Below the pieces are notes generated by a model. That model searched no databases, had not been told where the DNA came from, and worked only from the letters and a program-made list of their open reading frames with translations. Positions 44,441 to 45,411 of a stretch of DNA of 45,411 bases are shown here, one piece after another. The stretch comes from Catajapyx aquilonaris. Its lineage: Eukaryota. The number at the start of each line of letters is the position of its first letter. Positions within the stretch are counted from its first letter, which is position 1. Made by a program: the position numbers and the translations under genes. The stretch is taken from positions 1 through 45,411 of the forward strand of contig KZ539218.1 of the NCBI GenBank assembly GCA_000934665.2, in the 5' to 3' direction.

Positions 44441-45411
44441 GCTGCTTCTGTTTTGTACGTCCTGACGTTGATCCCTGAAGCCTATCCCCACCGTTTATCC
44501 CCTTCTATTGTGCCAAGTGTCAGCACCTCCCTTGGCCTTTTTCTTCTGGGTTCCGTCTTGAACCCCTCCCCTGCTGGTGAGGGGTCCTAAATGCGGAAGG
44601 TGTCCAGGGGGTCCCCCTCTATAATCGACATGCATTTTCCACGGGGTCATTAAAAGAGCGAGAATTAATCAACGTGTCAAGTCCGCCTCTCTTCAAAACC
44701 CGGATATCCCGTTTTTGAAGCTAGAAAGAGGACATTTTAGCCAGTTTTTTTTTGCAAGCAAGGCGCGCGTGCTGGTTTTTAGGCTGAGACTGATTTATAG
44801 GCTAGTTTTTGAGACTGTGTAGGAATTCGGTGCTCGGCGCCTCACTCGCAGCAGGTGTGGACAGGCCGGTTGCCAAATTCTGTGAAAAAGAATGGGGTGT
44901 TGGAGAGGAGAATCTGTGGGGGGGCTTGCTTGTCCACAAAGGCATGGTTGTATAGGATCGGACGCCATTTTGGCGGATCTTCCAACAGAAGGCGATTTAA
45001 AAGTATAGGGCCTAAAAGAAAGTGTTTTGAAGCAATGAGTCTTTGCATGTGACAGGCCCAACCAACCTCCTGAACGACTAAATCCTAATCCTTCTGAGTC
45101 TCTCGGGGGAAACAAAAAGAGAAGGGCGTAGACTGGAGATTTGCAACATTGACGGTTCATAAATCACCTTTTCCCTGTTGGGTTCTACCCCTCCTCCCCT
45201 CTCCCCCCCTTTTTTGCCACACACCCCCTGCGGTGCGTTCCGGCACAATCCGGCCGGCTAATCAGCATGCCAAGTGTTAATCCCAGTTCATTAGTCGGGG
45301 ACTAATGCACGGAGCCCCAGGGCTCATTAAAGCCCCGGGGCACGACACTGCCGGCGCAATGGCACGTCAAATTCGGCTACAATGTCACCCGCACCTGAAT
45401 GGAGCACAATT

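Noticed and set aside
1..45411. General enrichment of short TCF sites (CTTTGWW)
   Set aside because: The number noticed by eye is no more than the ~20 expected by chance on both strands of 45 kb.
42609..45411. Next TCF exon or HMG-box exons
   Set aside because: No phase-1 acceptor followed by a TCF-like peptide was seen; presumably beyond the window.

Overview
Eukaryotic (animal, probably arthropod-like) non-coding DNA with no prokaryotic genes, RNA genes or CRISPR arrays. The one recognisable coding segment is a 142-bp internal exon on the + strand (42467-42608; [48 protein letters not shown]). It matches the conserved [11 protein letters not shown] region of TCF/LEF (pangolin), between the beta-catenin-binding domain and the HMG box. 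I could not find the neighbouring exons, so the upstream ~42 kb is probably one very long intron. The most striking signal is at 9873-9964: a branch point, a pyrimidine tract and CAG|GTATGT (a 3' splice site fused to a 5' splice site), then a GTAAGT donor exactly 54 nt later. This is the architecture of a recursive-splicing (ratchet) site with a frame-preserving RS-exon. The rest is a dense set of short non-autonomous elements: several fold-back MITE families (one nested insertion with 4-bp TSDs, one copy with a minisatellite in its loop), Tigger-like, CACTA-like and Helitron-like pieces, and a MetaSINE-like fragment. There are also minisatellites, clusters of transcription-factor-like motifs, and an assembly gap at 36230-36492. 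All calls were made by eye; no searches were run.
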